DNA of 53,022 nucleotides, counting the filler, from Stramenopiles sp. TOSAG23-6 (lineage: Eukaryota): NCBI GenBank assembly GCA_900128565.1. It is 3 parts of 3 records of this genome, joined end to end, with 100 filler letters (N's around TTAATTAATTAA, not from the genome) between each part and the next. Parts side by side here need not be neighbours in the genome. Positions count along the whole stretch, not along the records: positions 35,507 to 53,022 come from LT636078.1; 2 more parts are not named here. One strand, given 5' to 3'. The position numbers and the translations under genes were made by a program. A model generated the notes under the pieces. It did no database searches, had not been told where the DNA came from, and saw only the letters and a program-made list of their open reading frames with translations. How positions within the stretch are numbered: position 1 is the stretch's first letter; the number at the start of each line of letters is the position of its first letter. Positions 51,500-53,022 of this stretch are shown in pieces.

Positions 51500-52528
51500 A
51501 TGTCCTATGATACGGCATCAGTAAAGCAGATGAAACAGGCTCTTTCTGCAAAAGGTGTTGATTATTCGAAGTGCGTCGAAAAGCAGCATCTTCGTGAATT
51601 ACTGAAAGAAAACGTCGAACCACACGAATTTGTAAAGTTACTTCGTCAATATAAAAAAGGCACAGCTTCTAGTCAAAATACAAGTACCAAATGTAACAAT
51701 AACGAAATGCCATCGCTTACAACTGAGCAATTGCAATCTCAGGCAGATCAGTTAAAAAATGCGAATCCAGGACAGTTACGTATGCAAGCTCACATGCTTA
51801 AAACTCAGCCAGATGCCGTTCGGCGTCAAAACCCTCAACTAGCTCACTTGACGAACGAACAACTTTGTGCCCAAGCGAAGCAAATGGAAATGCTGGCAGA
51901 TAATCCTAACATGGTTAAAATGATGGCTGATAGGATGAAAAACATGACTGCATCAGAGTTTAAAGCACAGCAGGAGAAAGTGTCAAAAATGACACCTGCT
52001 CAAATACAAGCAATGCAAGCAGGTATGTCTTCTGGAATGTCTTCGGGAACTTCGTCAAACTCAACGACTTCGGTTCCATCCTCTAGTACAATAGGTTCCC
52101 AATTTGATTTCCTTGCCGGTATGAATGGTCAGCAATTAAAGGAATATTTTAAAACTGTAGCATCTTCTTTACCAGCAACGTCTTCTGGGGCTGATAAGAT
52201 GCAGGTAGAAGCAATGAAAAAGTATGCAGAAATGTTTGCTGCAATGGATCCAAATACACTATATAAATTCATGTCAACTGGTTTCAATCTTTTGCGAGTA
52301 TATCGATATTTGGACGGTTTATGTTTTGGCTATTTTAGGTATTGTATTCCAATTATACTACTTTGTTTGATATATCTTTTATTTAAGCTATGTGTATTTA
52401 TATATATGTTAGTAGTAGGTTATATATTTGGAGAATATTCCTCAAATATTGATGCGACAACTTCTCCTCCTAGTGTCGTTGAAGATACCATTGGGAGCAC
52501 AGGTGATGAATTTGACTGGGAATTATAA
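51500..52528 (+). CDS. Protein with N-terminal SAP-like motif, Met/Gln-rich STI1-like helices and C-terminal membrane anchor
   Basis: SVKQMKQALSAKGVDYSKCVEK..L, DNPNMVKMM, MDPNTL, hydrophobic C-terminal segment. Confidence 0.65.
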   Translation: MSYDTASVKQMKQALSAKGVDYSKCVEKQHLRELLKENVEPHEFVKLLRQYKKGTASSQNTSTKCNNNEMPSLTTEQLQSQADQLKNANPGQLRMQAHMLKTQPDAVRRQNPQLAHLTNEQLCAQAKQMEMLADNPNMVKMMADRMKNMTASEFKAQQEKVSKMTPAQIQAMQAGMSSGMSSGTSSNSTTSVPSSSTIGSQFDFLAGMNGQQLKEYFKTVASSLPATSSGADKMQVEAMKKYAEMFAAMDPNTLYKFMSTGFNLLRVYRYLDGLCFGYFRYCIPIILLCLIYLLFKLCVFIYMLVVGYIFGEYSSNIDATTSPPSVVEDTIGSTGDEFDWEL

Positions 52529-52610
52529 AATATAAAATAAACATTTTTATAAGGAAAAACTGTGCTTTATTTGTAAAAACATCAAATCTCCACTACAACA
52601 TACAAGATAT

Positions 52611-52970
52611 TTAGGAGTTAAGCCAAGGATGTTTTAAACACTCTTCAGCAGTTGCGCGTTTTTTAGACGAGTATGTCAAACATTTTGTGAGAAAATCAGC
52701 CATTGGCTTCGCTTCCTCAATTAATAGATCGTATTTTTCATGCAAGACTTGCTCTAAAGGCCAAAATCGCAATTTGCGTATATTGCGCAATTCTCCTTTT
52801 CTGTTAAAAAATTTCTTCGCAAATTTTCCGTGAAGAGCTACATTTTTTGGACATTTCCCAAGAAGTTCTAGAGCCTGCGCGAGGTGATCATCATCTCTCG
52901 AAAAACCTGCACCTCCTTGAGGGTCAAAGAGCAAATCACCTGTAGCTAGTTCAAATACAAGACACGCAAC
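52611..52970 (-). CDS. SRPK: SR-protein kinase, last exon
   Basis: ACLVFELATGDLLFDP..FSRDDDHLA..ELLG, LRNIRKLRFWPL.VL.EKY, RATAEECLKHPWL. Confidence 0.92.
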   Translation of the reverse strand, partial: VACLVFELATGDLLFDPQGGAGFSRDDDHLAQALELLGKCPKNVALHGKFAKKFFNRKGELRNIRKLRFWPLEQVLHEKYDLLIEEAKPMADFLTKCLTYSSKKRATAEECLKHPWLNS

Positions 52971-53022
52971 ACGTATTGTGAAAAAATATTTCAAAAAAAA
53001 ATCGTTAGGTACGAAATTTCGT
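52971..53022 (-). mobile_element. 3' half of a repeated intron ending ..AATACGT
   Basis: ACGAAATTTCGTACCTAAC..CACAATACGT|GTTGCG. Confidence 0.8.

Overview
Gene-dense, AT-rich eukaryotic nuclear DNA read with the standard code. The proteins look stramenopile-like, which is an inference. The window is three contigs joined by two artificial N/TTAATTAATTAA/N spacers. About 24 genes or fragments are present: dynactin p150, PP2C, TMEM198-like, HisRS, CAMK-like kinase, NodU/CmcH carbamoyltransferase, BK-channel-like tail, ENO4-like, Shewanella-like phosphatase, CIA1, SNU13, RPL13A, a WW/IQ/TPR giant, DEDDh-R3H nuclease, TPR-DnaJ-PDZ-FN3 protein, CUL3 fragment, DH-PH-FYVE, SelU, SRPK and orphans. The main signal is a family of 21 related 88-121 nt elements interrupting coding regions, always in the sense orientation. 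Consensus: exon..AT | GTAYGT..TTCAAATTCGAATTT..TTCGTACGAAATTTTGTACCTAAC..GAAATATTTTTCCAAAATACAT | exon. They carry a U2-like donor and a CTAAC branch motif but no AG acceptor. Precise removal (GT..AT, or the sequence-equivalent AT..AC register) restores reading frames and conserved domains. They look like an invasive family of non-canonical introner-type introns with an AT direct repeat and short terminal inverted repeats. Splicing is inferred from reading frames only; no RNA evidence is available.
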